Shown: positions 27,133 to 39,879 of the stretch, piece after piece
Numbering within the stretch: position 1 is the first letter of the stretch
Layout of the letters: every line of letters starts with the position of its first letter
Origin: Octopus vulgaris
Taxonomy: Eukaryota
Length of the DNA: 64,000 nucleotides
Assembly: GCA_951406725.2 (NCBI GenBank)
Contig: OX597815.1
Span: 126,542,001 to 126,606,000 of the forward strand
Reading direction: 5' to 3'
Translations under genes and position numbers: made by a program
Notes under the pieces: generated by a model
What the model was told of the DNA's origin: nothing
The model's input: the letters and a program-made list of their open reading frames with translations, nothing else
The model's database searches: none

Positions 27133-27789
27133 TAGCCAGGACAAATATTACAAGATTTTTTTTACGCTTTAATGATTTCGACAATTCACTGTCCTTCAGG
27201 TGAAAGCGTAAGTAATAAACCTGAAATTTTTGTGAAAGAGAGAGGTCTAATTAATAAACATCAATTACTTTATTTCCTACATATTACATAGCTTCAGTTT
27301 CTCTCTGAGATTATTAATGTGTGTCAGGATAAACCTTCACTTATGCAGAGTAAACCCTCACTATAAGCTAGTCTTTTGATGGAGTCCACTCAATTACATG
27401 CAGACCAAGTCAGAGGGTAATTCCATATCTTAAATCACTGCTTTCTACTGCTGCAACCCATGAGATGTAGTTTCTTTCTCTCTTAATTCACTACAAATTT
27501 TAGAAACCCTGCAAAGGTCAAAAGTGACGCATCATCATCACCATCTTCTAATGCTGTCGTTTATGCTTATATAGAAGCCCAAAGATAGAAACATCTTTTA
27601 AAACAAAAATCTACATAAAAATCAACAGTTCTACAGAGCCAGCACTATTTGTAATTAGTCTAATTATACAGATGTTTACGACTGCATCACGAGGTTCAGA
27701 TTGTTTTCAATGCAGCTCGCACAAAAGCCATTCATATACACACACAAAAACGTGTTCACGTTGTGCATGTGTACCCACGTCTTTGCAAT

Positions 27790-28232
27790 GACCCGTTAGA
27801 CAGTAGTGACATTCAGATTTATGTGCCGCCTGACTGGCTCCCGTGCCAGTGGCACGTAAGAAGCATCATTCAAACGTGGTCGTTGCCAGTGCCGCCTGAT
27901 TGGCTCTCGTGCCAGTGGTACATAAAAAAATGACCATTCGAGCGTGGTGGATGCCAGTGTCACTTGACTGACCTCCGTGCCGGTGGTACGTAAAAAGCAC
28001 CATTCGAGCGTGGTCGATGCCAGTGCCACCTGACTGGGCCCCATGCCAGTGACACGTAAAAAGCACCCACTACACTCTCAGAGTGGTTGGCATAAGGAAG
28101 GGTATCCAGCTATAGAAACCTTGGAGATTGGAGCCTGGTGCAGCCTCCTGGCTTGCCAATCCTTAGTCAAACCATCCAACCCATGCCAGCATAGAAAGCG
28201 GAAGTTAAACGATGATGATGATGATGATGATG
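27790..28232 (+). mobile_element. RTE LINE 3'UTR fragment with ~60-bp tandem units and (GAT)n tail
   Basis: Repeated GCCAGTGGCACGTAAAAAGCACC units, then GTTAAACGATGATGATG. Matches 33800-34265. Confidence 0.8.
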
Positions 28233-28938
28233 AACAGAACCTGTATTTTAAAAGGCCAGCCTTATCACATTCTGTATCACACTGAATCTCCCTGAGAATA
28301 CATTAAGGGTATGCATCTTTGTGGAGTACTCGACCAATTGCACATTAATTCCACAAGTAGGTTATTCTACTGATCGAATCAACTAAAACATTCGTCGTAA
28401 CTGATGGAGTGGCAGTTAGTTAAACACATACTGGACATTTCATATGGCAACATGAAAAGCATCCAGCAATAGAATACTACCTAATGAAGACTCATCTAAC
28501 CCATGACAGCATGGAAAAGGTGGATGTAAAAACAGCAGTGAAAGGATTACACAGTGCGCAGTTATTTATTATGTCTTTGGAAATACAGCAACACAAAAAT
28601 ATATTGTACAATCCATATCATTATCATTTAATATCCAGTCCCCATGCAGACAGGAGTTGGATGGCTTGACCAGAGTTGGTAAGGCTGGAGGCCACACAAG
28701 GCCCCATTGTTTATTCTGGCATAGCTTCTACAGATGGATGCCCTTCGTAGCACCAACCACTTTACAGAGTGTACAGGTTGATTTTTATGTGGCTTCAGCA
28801 CCAGTACTTTTAACATGGCACCAGGATGAGTGCTTTTTTTATATGGAACCAGTGCTTTTAACATGGAACCAGCATATATTAAATAAAATCTTACTACTTT
28901 TCTTGCCCTATAATTTGTGTTTGTTGATTCACACAACA

Positions 28939-29011
28939 GCTGAAATAGTTCAGTTGAAAGAGCATTAGACTGAAGATCTAAAAGTATCAGGCTCAATCCT
29001 AACTTTCAGTA
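28939..29011 (+). pseudogene. tRNA-Phe(GAA) pseudogene
   Basis: GCTGAAATAGTTCAGTTGAAAGAGCATTAGACTGAAGATCTAAAAGTATCAGGCTCAATCCTAACTTTCAGTA aligns without gaps (73 nt) to canonical eukaryotic tRNA-Phe. Anticodon arm is intact; D-loop GG, T-loop/B box and T-stem are mutated. Confidence 0.85.
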
Positions 29012-29845
29012 TTTAACAGCTGACTCATGTTTCCATATTCTTATTGGTGAAGGTTGGTGCTAGTCTCATTGCAAGTCTTGTTGTCAAAGTACAAATGACC
29101 AGAAGAGACTCACAAGGGATCTTACTTGACCACTTAACAGTTCCATCAATCCACTGTCCTGGATAAGTCCCTTTTTGTTGCCTCTGAAAATATGAATGGC
29201 AAGGTTGGCATTGGCACAATTTGAACTCAGAAATACTGACAATCAGATCAAATTCCACAAAGCATCCTATCCGCTACCCTAACATTTCAGTCAGTTGGTC
29301 AATTTTGGGAGTAAAAAAGAAAGAAGAATACAGATATTTCAATAATCATATTGAAAAAAGAAAAAAAAACACTGGTTTTAGAATAAAATATTTGAACATT
29401 TAACATAAAAATTAATAAATTAACTTCTGATATAGAGAAAAAACATTGTGTGACAACACAATCACATTCTTTTGATAAGAATTTTAGTGACATAAAGTGA
29501 ACTGATATAAAAAGAAGATCTCTTGTAAGTGATGGGTGCTATCATTGTCAAGAATGTAGCACAAGCTGTTCTTTCATTCTCTGATGCGTCAACATTAAAA
29601 TCATAGGAGGATTTCTTTTGTAGCCAATTGAATCTCCCCCATCATATTACTAGTACTTACATCATCAACCTGAGAGGGTTGAAAAGCAAAGTTCATCCTT
29701 GTAAGATCTAAACCCAGAACCTAGGGACAAAATTATAATGAATTTTTAGTTTGACACACTACCATGTCTGATAACACTCCTGCATTAATAATAACAAACA
29801 TATTTTATACTTTATAAAGAAAATTTCTTTTCTTTCTTTTTCTCT

Positions 29846-30166
29846 TTAACTATCACTGTCAGAATCAGAATAGTTTCCAAGCAAACTAAGAGCTGATGAT
29901 ACTGGTGCAGTTCCATTCTTTTGGACTTTTGAAGTCTTTGTGGAATTGTCATTTGTTGGCTCATCTGTCTTGTCACATGATTTACTTTTTGCGTTAGTTT
30001 CTGTTTTACATTTTGTATCAGTTGAATTCTTTTCGCATGTCTCACTGCTCTCATCTGTAACAGTTTCAGAACCCTTTTTCTTCTTAACCAGGGAAGACAG
30101 AGACTTTGAAGAGAGTAAACCTACACTCTGATTCCAAACGCGTTTCTTCTGTACAACAGCATCATC
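29846..30166 (-). CDS. YJU2: YJU2/CCDC94 splicing factor, coding exon 7 (last)
   Basis: Polypyrimidine/CAG acceptor, phase 0. DDAVVQKKRVWNQSVG...SALSLLGNYSDSDSDS*, the typical CCDC94 C-terminus. Confidence 0.88.
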   Translation of the reverse strand, partial: DDAVVQKKRVWNQSVGLLSSKSLSSLVKKKKGSETVTDESSETCEKNSTDTKCKTETNAKSKSCDKTDEPTNDNSTKTSKVQKNGTAPVSSALSLLGNYSDSDSDS

Positions 30167-31844
30167 CTGTAAAAAGGAGAAAAGAAAAAGAATTAGAAAC
30201 ACAGAAATCAATTATTAAACATTAATTAAAGACAAGTAGAACCATCATCATTTTTCCTTGTTTGCATGTATCAGATGGAAATCATAAAGACATATTTTCT
30301 ATAGCTACATGCCCTTCCTGTCATCAACCTTTGCTTATTGCCAAGCAAAGAAATATTTCTACACGACCAGACATATTTTCAAAGAAGGCTGAAAACAAGT
30401 GACACAGCTCTTGCATGACACTGACACTCACTACTGTCACACCATGTCAAGACAAGAAGACACAAGCATAAACACACATATATATATACAATGGGCTTCT
30501 TTCAGTTTCTTCAAACCAGATCCACTCACAAGGCTTTGGTCAGCACAACGCTTTAGTGGAAGATGCCATATAGGTGGACTAAACCCTAAACCCTAGTAAC
30601 TGGAAAACAGACTTCCAAACTATATATACAACCATGCCTCAACCTATAAACTAGTTTGGATATTTTTAAGACTTTCAAAAGCATTTTTTAGAGATTTTTG
30701 TTGTTGTTTTTATTGCCCACTGTTTTATATCATCAACAATTTCATGGAGATAATAAACTCGTTGATCTCTGGATGATTCAGTGCAAAAATATACTACTAT
30801 ACTATGTAACTCTAAAAGTATTTGAATATTTCAAATGAAATCACTGCAACAAACTAACAAACCATTTAAATAATGCCCTCCAACTGTTTTTTTTTTTATG
30901 ACTTAGAGGTGGAAGGTGGTGCCAACGACATTTTTCAAGTCCTCTGAAACTGGTGGAAGGAAGTTCTCTTTGATCTTGATGCCTGGACTTGAAAGCTTAA
31001 AGCAGGCAACTCCACTAAATGTATCGAAGTGTTAGGTGGTGGTGCCAAACCAAGAAACCGATAAATTCATTATCATTCTCATCCTCATGAATTTAAGTCT
31101 ACTTTTCCATGTTTACATAGATCAGATGGAAATTCCTGAGACAGATTTTCTACGGCCAGATGCCCTTCCTGTTACCAACCATCATCTGTTTCTAATCAAG
31201 CAAGTTAATATTTCCCCTGGCCTGATATTTTTTCATGGAAGATAGGAAACAAATGACACCACTTGCACAATGGTGATACTCCTTTACAATTATCATGCAA
31301 TATCAAGATGAGACACAAACATATGCATACATACACCTCACCACACACATACAACAGTCTTTTTGCAGTTTCTGTCAACCATATCCACTCACAAGGCTTT
31401 GATTGACTGAGGGTTATAGTAGAAAACACTTACCTAAGGGGTTACACAGTGGGACAAACCCAAAGCTATGCAAATGGGAAGCAAACATTTTAGCCACACA
31501 AAAATGGCATGGATGCTGCACATTTTCATTTTCCTTTCTTTAAAGCCTTGTATCCAAATAAAGTCATTATCAATACTGTTTTGAAGTTATGTATTACCCA
31601 ACTAACTTGATAAAAACATAAATATATTTTCTAATTTAAAAATAGATGTATTATTCAACTATATATAAATCAAAAGGTAATTGACTCTTTAATTATAGGA
31701 AGTAAATAATTAACAATAAGAAAACCAAGAAAACAAACTCCATTTTCCAGAAGCCTACTGCTAACTTTATAGTTCTTACTATTAATTGAATACTGACATA
31801 AAACAACTGAGTTCATTATCTCTAAAAAGAACACAAACATCTTG

Positions 31845-34270
31845 AATAAACAGGTAGTTCATGAAGGAGTCATACCCAATGACTGGTGTAGCAGCATCAT
31901 AGTCAACTGCTACATAGGTAAAGGTGATGCTTCAGATAGAAATAACTACAGCGGGTATCAAATTATTGGATCAGGTGATGAAAGTTACAGGGAGGGTCAT
32001 AGCCCAACTAATTAGGGAGAGAGTTAGCCTAGATGAGATGCAGTTTGGTTTTGTGCCAGGCAGAAGCACCACTGATGCTATATTTCTGGTAAGGCAACTG
32101 CAGGAGAAATACTTAGCCAAAAGATAAACCTCTGTACTTGGCTTTTGTTGACTTGGAAAAAGCCTTTGACAGGGTCCCCCGATCCCTCATCTGGTGGTCA
32201 ATGCGGAAACTGGTGATAGACGAGTGGTTAGTAAAAACTGTACAAGCCCTGTACAGGGATGCTTTCAGTAAGGTGAGGGTTAGGAACAAGTATAGTGAAG
32301 AATTCTGAGTAGAAGTAGGTGTTCACCAAGGATCAGTCCTCAGCCCCATCTTCTTGTCACTAATCTAGATGTACCCAAAATCATAAATTTAATCGCCATT
32401 ATTTTTATATGTAGCATACCCACATCTGAATATGAATATATAAAAACTTCATTAAGAAAAATGCAATAAGCCCAATTAAAATATATATATATATAATTAA
32501 CCCTTTAGAAAAAAAATCAATTTAGGTATTAAACTAATAATATATATAAATATCACCAATAAACCACCCACATAAACCAAAAACAATATATAACCATATC
32601 AAGAATAAACAAAAAAAGAAACCATAATCCTCATCAAAATTCTAACATAATTATAAATCCTAACCTCAAAGGCTGAATCAAAATAATCAACATACTAATA
32701 ATAGTCCTCCAGGCAATAACAGAAGAATTCAAGACAGCTGCCCCTGGGAGTTCCTCTGTACTGATGACCTTGCTCTAACAGCCAAGTCACTGCCAGAACT
32801 AGAGACGAAGTTTAGGGTGTGGAAGCAAGAGCAAGAATCGAAGGGCCTTAGGGTTAACCTAGCAAAATCTAAAATCTTAAGTAGGAGAGCTGACAAATCA
32901 CAAACCCCTTCACGTAGATGGCCCTACTCGATCTGTAGAAAAGGTGTGGGTAGAAACTCCATACGATGTACCCAGTGTAAGCTATGGACACATAAAAGGT
33001 GCAGCAATATCAAAGGAAAGTTAACCAGGAAGACAGTTTTTGTGTGTGGCAGATGCACAGGGGCAATAAACACTAAGATGTACAGAAAACAGATTCCATC
33101 ACAAGCCAGGGGAAGAAACTAGAAGTAGTTAATAGCTTCCGCAACCTAGGCAATCAAGTCTGTAGTGGGGTAGTTGCTCTGAGAGTGTAGCAACTACAGT
33201 AAGAATAGTCTGGGTAAAGTTCAGGGAGCTCCTACCTCTGTTGGCAACTAAGGGCCTCTTGCTCAGGGTGAAAGTTAGACTGTATGATGCATGTGTGCAA
33301 ACTGCGATACTACACAGCAGTGAAACATGGGCCATGACTGCTGAGGACATGAGCAGGCTTGAAAGAAATGAAGCTAGTATGATCTGCTGGATGTGTAATG
33401 TCATTGTGCATACACAAGAGAGTGTAAGTGCCCTGAGAGAAAAGTTGGACATAAGAAGCATCAGATGTAGTGTGCAAGAGAGACAACTGTGCTGGTATGG
33501 TTATGTGTTACATATGGATGAGGACAGCTGTGTGAGGAAGTGCCACACCCTACCTGTGGAAGAGGTAGACCCAGGAAGACAAGAGCTGGTGAAGCATGAC
33601 CATCAAACATGACCATCAAACATTGGGCCTTACAAAGGCAATGACAGAAGACGGAGACCTTTGGAGATATGTGGTGATTGAGAAAACTCACCAACTAAAG
33701 TGAGATCGCAGCCATGGCCAATGCCAGTGTTGCATGTCTGGTCCTTTGCGGCATCAGGTAATATGATATGCTTGAGAAGACCTCTCGAATCAAGTAAAAC
33801 CAAAATCGTAGCTGCGGCCAGTGCCCTCTGACTGGCTCCTGTTCCAGTGGCACATAAAAAGCATCATCCAAATGTGGTTAACGCCAGTGTCCCCTGACTG
33901 GCTTCCATGCCGGTAGCACATAAAAAGCACCATCCAAACGTGGTGGATGCCAGGTCAACCTGACTGGCTCCTGTGCCAGTAGCACGTAAAAAGCACCATC
34001 CAAACATGGCTGATGCCAGTACCCCCTGACTGGCACGTAAAAAGTACTATCCAAACGTGATCAATACCAGGCTCCCACCAACTGGCTCTTATGCCGGTGG
34101 CACATAAAAAACACCCACTACACTCTCAGAGTGGTTGGCGTTAGGAAGGGCATCCAGCTATAGAAACATTGCCAGATCAGATTGGAGCCTGGTGCAGCCA
34201 CTGGCTCTCCAGACCTCAGTCAAACCATCCAAACCATTGAAAATGGATGTTAAACGATGATGATGATGAA
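31845..34270 (+). mobile_element. 5'-truncated RTE-clade LINE in YJU2 intron 6 (antisense to the gene)
   Basis: QFGFVPGRSTTDAIF, AFVDLEKAFD, GVHQGSVLSP, LYTDDL and a PHD-like Cys/His cluster. 3'UTR has ~60-bp tandem units and a (GAT)n tail. Confidence 0.92.
32355..32697 (-). pseudogene. ND6: NUMT: mitochondrial ND6 fragment
   Basis: Minus strand in invertebrate mitochondrial code: IISMLIILIQPLSLGFMIML...SWYGYMLFLVYVGGLLVMFMYIISLMPKLIF. Strong A/C strand skew; indels present. Confidence 0.85.
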
Positions 34271-36696
34271 ATACCAGGAATTCTTGATAAAACATCAGAC
34301 AGAATGTTTTAAAATACTTGCTCTGGCTGTATGCCCATCCATCAATCTGTCCATTTTCACTACCCACTATTCCAAGGAGGATTGTTGTAATAGAGTCCTT
34401 AGGCACCTCTTCCATAAAGTCCTATCAGATGCAACCATTATTACACTTTCCAACAGGATCTCAAAGACTAACTGGAACTGTGGACATTATTCAACCAACC
34501 ATCTTGCACTTGGTCTACCCCTAAATCTCCTGTTGGTTGTATGTGTTCTGATGAAAACACCTATGACAACACTGGTGCTGTATCAGCTTTTTATTTCCGT
34601 TAGAAATGCTAGAGGCATAAAATAGAGAAACTTGCATAGGAAACTGCTCTTGTTCCTCAGATTTTACATCAGAGTACCATTCTTCTCCTAAACAATTATT
34701 CTAATAAAAACTAGGAATCCATCACTCACAAGGGGTCTTTTTTTTAACAGCTTTTATATCTCTTTGTCTGTAATGTGAATTGGATGCATTGAAAAATGCT
34801 TACATCTGATGTTATCATCATCATCGTCATTATTGTCAATTAACGCCTGCTTTCTGGCATGGGTTGGATGGTTTGACTGAGGACTGGTGAACCAGAAGGC
34901 TGCACCAGGCTCAATCTGATCTGGTAAAGTTTCTACAGCTGGATGCCCTTCCTTATGCCAAATTCTAACTTCTATTTTTTCTTTTTCATTTCAAGTAAAC
35001 AACCAGCTTACTACCACACAGTTAACTCTAAAGTAGCAATTATTAGTAATTATTTTTTAACAACAAAAACAAAATATTTTTTAAGTAGTAATGTAGGCAA
35101 TGTTGTATAGTTTTCAAGTTTTCAAAATCTTCCTAAAGTGATTATTGGACACACTAAATGTATATATTTAAATAATGATGTATATTATTTATAGATGGAG
35201 CATAAGCGACATAGAGGATAATATGATGCTCTTGCAAAGCATCCAACAGTGAGCCACCAATGAACTCTATGAATGGCATCAGAGCAGAATGACATATCCC
35301 GCTCCTCTAATGCAGGGCATCAAGGAGTCACAAAATCTAAGAGACAAACTTGGAAAGAATTGAGGAAAATGGAAACAAGGAATGATATCTGATGGCTAAA
35401 GGAAAAGACAGCCATTAGATATATCAAGCAAGATGGAGTGATCAAATGTAAGAAACTTGTCAGTATTATAAAGCAAGGACACACACACACACACACACAC
35501 TTATTGATGCTGACAAGAAGCATGAAAATATACTATGAGAAATGGTAAATGAGAAGAACACTTTACAAGCAGCAGCAATTTATGACAAAATGTGCCATAG
35601 AGAAATTTATAACAGTTCAGTTTAAGTGTAGACTAAATTACCATATTTGATGTCATACAAGATGCACTTTCCGCAAAAAAATAAAAAAGTCATCATTCCC
35701 CAAAAAATGTCTCAGAAATATACCCCTTGGTTCTACATGCAAAATCAGTCCTAAATTACATGGTTTAATGCAGTAAAACCTTTTTTCCTGGAATATGTGC
35801 TGTTGAAGTTGAGATGCATCTAAAATACCCATGTATCTTTTATGCCATCAAATACAGTACTTAAGAGTTAAGAATTAGTTTATATATCAAGGGAGATCAT
35901 TTGCACCGCTTCATTATGTGAAATAAGCAAGCAAATAAAAGAAATGTAAATTGTATATAAAATTGCTGTATTTTGCAGCCTGCAAAACACACTTTTTTGC
36001 AAAAGAAAATACTTTGAAAATTACTGTGAGTCTTCCACAGAACTAACTGGGGAAGTTGTTACAATGGTTTGACTGAAATCAGCCCCTATCTCACTACTTA
36101 GCAATTGCAAGTATATTTTGTACAATAATACATTTGATTTATCTAATATGTTGTTTATATAAATACAATTACCTAGTATATAAAAAATTGTTGTTTTTTT
36201 TTAAATCTACAGCAGTTACACTACACTACCCTTGTTGCTGTGCTATTTAGTTACTAGTGGCCGAGGTGCAGTAGCACCATCTATTCAGAAATTGCAAAAG
36301 CTTACCTTCCTATCTCAACAGGAATTTTTTGTTTGTTGACACCTGAGTGTCTATAACTTTGTAGTCACCACCAGAAAAGCCATTTTCAGTCCAGCAAATT
36401 ATCTCCCTCATCTAAAGGAGACATAAATGTCTCACATTTAAATATAAAGTAGTTCAATATTGTCTAATCGTTGTCTGATGATTTGGCTCAAAAGTATCCT
36501 GAGCATTCTACTGGTTTCTCCATGAATTTTGCCAGACAGCCGGCATTTAGCATGTGCCCACAGGGCACTGACCAATCATGTGCATGAGACTTTGATAAGT
36601 ATATCAAAATCTTTTCCTAGAATTACATTTCCAAAATCAGAGTGCATCTTCTATGATGCAATGATGCAGCATCTACCATGAAACAAGGCAGTCCTG

Positions 36697-37360
36697 TACA
36701 TTATTTACATTGGATGGATATGTGTCCTCATCTTGTTTGTTGTTACCATTTTTTAGCTGATTTACTCATCAGGTTTCATCAGGTGTCCTAGTGGAATTTT
36801 GAACTCAACTCTGGGTTCTCATTCCTAAGGTAATTTTTGCTGATGTCATTATTATTATTATGGCGGCGAGCTGGCAGAATCATTAGCACACCGAATGAAA
36901 TGCTTAATGGCATTTCATCTGCTGTTACATTCTGAGTTCAAATTCTGGCATGGTTGACTTTGCCTTTCATCCTTTCAGAGTTGATTAAATAAGTACCAGT
37001 TACACACTGGAGTCGATGTAATCGACTTAATCCCTTTGTCTGTCCTTGTTTATCCCCTCTATGTTTAGCCCCCTGTGAGCAATAAAGAAAATATTATTAT
37101 TAATTATAGAATTGAACTCAGAATCTTGGGTTAGTAGCCTGTGCTGTTAACCATTACACTATATGCTCGTGGGCAATCATAGAGTGAATTTTAGGGCTTA
37201 TAAACCTAATATTTTTGTATCCTTCCTTAATACTGGCTTTCATATTCTACACGTACCTGCTTAGGAGGTTATTGTGTCCAAGCATATGTACTGCCTCTTT
37301 TAGTTTTCATATTTTCCAGCGGTGTTCTCTGTCTATTATTTTAACTTCATCATACAGTCT
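36697..37360 (-). mobile_element. Penelope-like element 3' remnant (GIY-YIG end, tRNA-like segment, decayed hammerhead core), interrupted by a SINE
   Basis: DEVKIIDREHRWKI*KLKEAVHMLG (~37270-37350). tRNA-like TAGTGTAATGGTTAA...GAGTTCAATTC (37108-37170). CTGATGA + hairpin + degenerate GAAA (36752-36785). Confidence 0.6.
36861..37090 (+). mobile_element. tRNA-derived SINE
   Basis: Same family as 5121-5347. Inserted in an (ATT)n run. Confidence 0.85.
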
Positions 37361-38887
37361 TTTAAACAAGAAGTGGATAAAAGGTATAGTATCAGGTGAT
37401 TTGAAGAGAAGACAGATGTCAGGTATATCTAGTAAGAGTGACAGCCAAAAGAGTCTTGTCATCAACGTTCAATACAGTGAGGATCAAAGGCAGGAGTTGC
37501 TCGAAATTGTGAAACAGTATGCGAGCATAAATCATCATCATCATCACTTTAAAGTCCACTTTTCCATGCTTGCATGGGTCAGACGGGATTCCTTGAGGCA
37601 AATTTTCTACAATAGGATTCCCTCACTACTACAAACTTTCATCTGTTTCCAAACAAAGTAATATTTCTCCGTGGTCAGGCTGTGTTTCATGGAAGAGTGA
37701 AAATGAACAACATCACTTGTATGACAATGATGCTCATGTTAAATCATCACATGAAGTCAAGCATAGGTGCACACACACACGTACATATATATATCTATAT
37801 CTACCAAATCCACTCACAATGCTTTGGTCAAACTGGGACTATAGTAGAAGACACTTGGAAGCAAAACCATACCTGAGCCTGTCAGATTGTCTTTTAGCAA
37901 AACATGCACTCATCTTCATCTATGCTGAAGAAGCATGGAAACTATGCTACAGGCATTGGTAAATGAGAATTTGTATAGAAAAGAGTGGTTAATTCATGTA
38001 GATCCAATAAGAAGACCAGAAATTAAGGTTGACTGTTTCACAGTGAAAAAGATCATGTTGAATATCAAAGCAGGGAAAGCAGCAAGCCAATCAAAGACAT
38101 TTGGCAAGATGCTGAAAATATCTGACAAAGTATGTAGGCTAGTTACTCATACATTCAATCAAATAGTGCAGGGAAGAGGCCTCAATTATATATTCACCTA
38201 ATCCATGCAAACATGGAATAATAAGAATAAAAATGAATGAATGAATGAATATGCATTTTTTTTTTGCAGTAAAAGAAAGCTAACTGTGCAGTGAATAAGC
38301 ATGTTCATTATTTCATAGCTTTATGTTCTGAGTTCAAATTCTGCTGTGGTCAAACCTTGCCTTTCATCCTTTCAGGGTTGAAATAAGTGCCAGTTAAGCA
38401 GTGTTTGATGTAATCCTCAAGCCCTTCCCAAAGATTTCAAGCTTTGTGCCTATGATAGAAAGGATTACTTCATGGGATTGCAGTGAGATGGCAGGATTGT
38501 TAACATGTCAGACAAAATGCTTAGAAGCATTTCCTCTGGCTCATTACAGACTGAATTCAAAACCAGCTAAGGTCAGCTTTGCATCTCATCCTTTCAAGGT
38601 CAATAAAATAAAGTACTAGTTGAATAATGGAGTTGGTGTAATCAACTATGCCATTCCCACTACAATTGCTGGCCTTGTGCTATAATTTGAAACAATCATT
38701 TCATAGATAATAACATATTGTAAATCTCTCTTCATAGTGGAGAGCACAATTGCTGATGAAGTTTCAGTGGATACTTAATGAGTTTTGAATAGAATTGGTG
38801 ATAGTAAGGATGGTTGCCAAATACATGTTATAAAAGAGAACTTCATATAGTGTGAAAAGAAGAAAATAAACCATGAAATTATCTTAC

Positions 38888-39026
38888 CTTAATATGTTCA
38901 GTGAGTAATTCCCCAAAATGTGCCTTGTTGGAAGATGAAGGTTCTACATTAGGAACTTCACCTTCATCTTCATCTTCATCTTCTAGCCGTTTAATATAAT
39001 CACTATTGCGATTATTGAAAATTGAT
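38888..39026 (-). CDS. YJU2: YJU2/CCDC94 coding exon 6
   Basis: AG/GT boundaries, 139 nt, phase fits exons 5 and 7. SIFNNRNSDYIKRLEDEDEDE...LLTEHIK. Confidence 0.88.
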
Positions 39027-39879
39027 CTGAAAGAAGACATGAGATAATCATCATCGTCATCTAACATTCAGCTCCTATATTAACAAACATAACATCACCA
39101 TTGCTGAAACAATCCAATGTGAACACATGGAACTAAAGATTCAAGTTCAAACACACACTCACACACACGTGCACACATATACATAGACACACACACACAT
39201 ATATACATATGAACTTCTGCACAGTTTCCATCAACAAATTTCCAGTTTCACTCATGGGGCATTGCTTTGTCAGCCTGAGGCTATAGAAGATAATACTTGT
39301 CATAAGTGCCACACAGTGAGATGTAACACATTAGTATCAATGGGCCAATTCTCTACTTCACTGCAAACACTCACTATTTTGGCACCTACTGAATCATCCA
39401 ATCACTGTCTAAATACATCTACCCACAACACATCTACATATTGCATAACACCAGACCAGGTGACACTTCAAATAAGGTGTCACTCCAAGCTACTTGGAGT
39501 TTCATGCTTTAATATACAGTAAGTGTGCTTCACCTCTCATCCATCTTTCACAGCTAAACAGATGACCAAATTCAATCTCTTTGGAATATTCATAACCCTC
39601 ACATAACCGGACCCCATCCCCTAAATTTCCAACTTGTTCATATATAGCTGATCTACAGCAATACAAACAATAAATGCAACTTACTACACTTAAAAATACA
39701 TCCCCAACCTCCACTGATAAGATGGTTTTTACTCACTACTGCAAGACTACCATCTGTAAAATAAATGGTACTTTCAAACAGTACAGCCTGAAAGCTCTCC
39801 CAAATTACAACTTTTCCTTTTTATCAATTACCAACTTTAAAAAATTCTATTATCATCACTCTTTTACTACATAATCCTC

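Noticed and set aside
30905-31050. GC-richer intronic stretch as a possible extra YJU2 exon
   Set aside because: Exons 6 and 7 already join in phase, there are no convincing minus-strand splice sites, and the peptide is not recognisable.
33800-34130. Regularly spaced repeats resembling a CRISPR array (also 27.8, 40.0 and 42.7 kb)
   Set aside because: Whole units are homologous with no unique spacers, there are no cas genes, and the context is a eukaryotic LINE 3'UTR.
38750-38795. CTGATGAAG hammerhead-like start
   Set aside because: No GAAA or closing helices visible.
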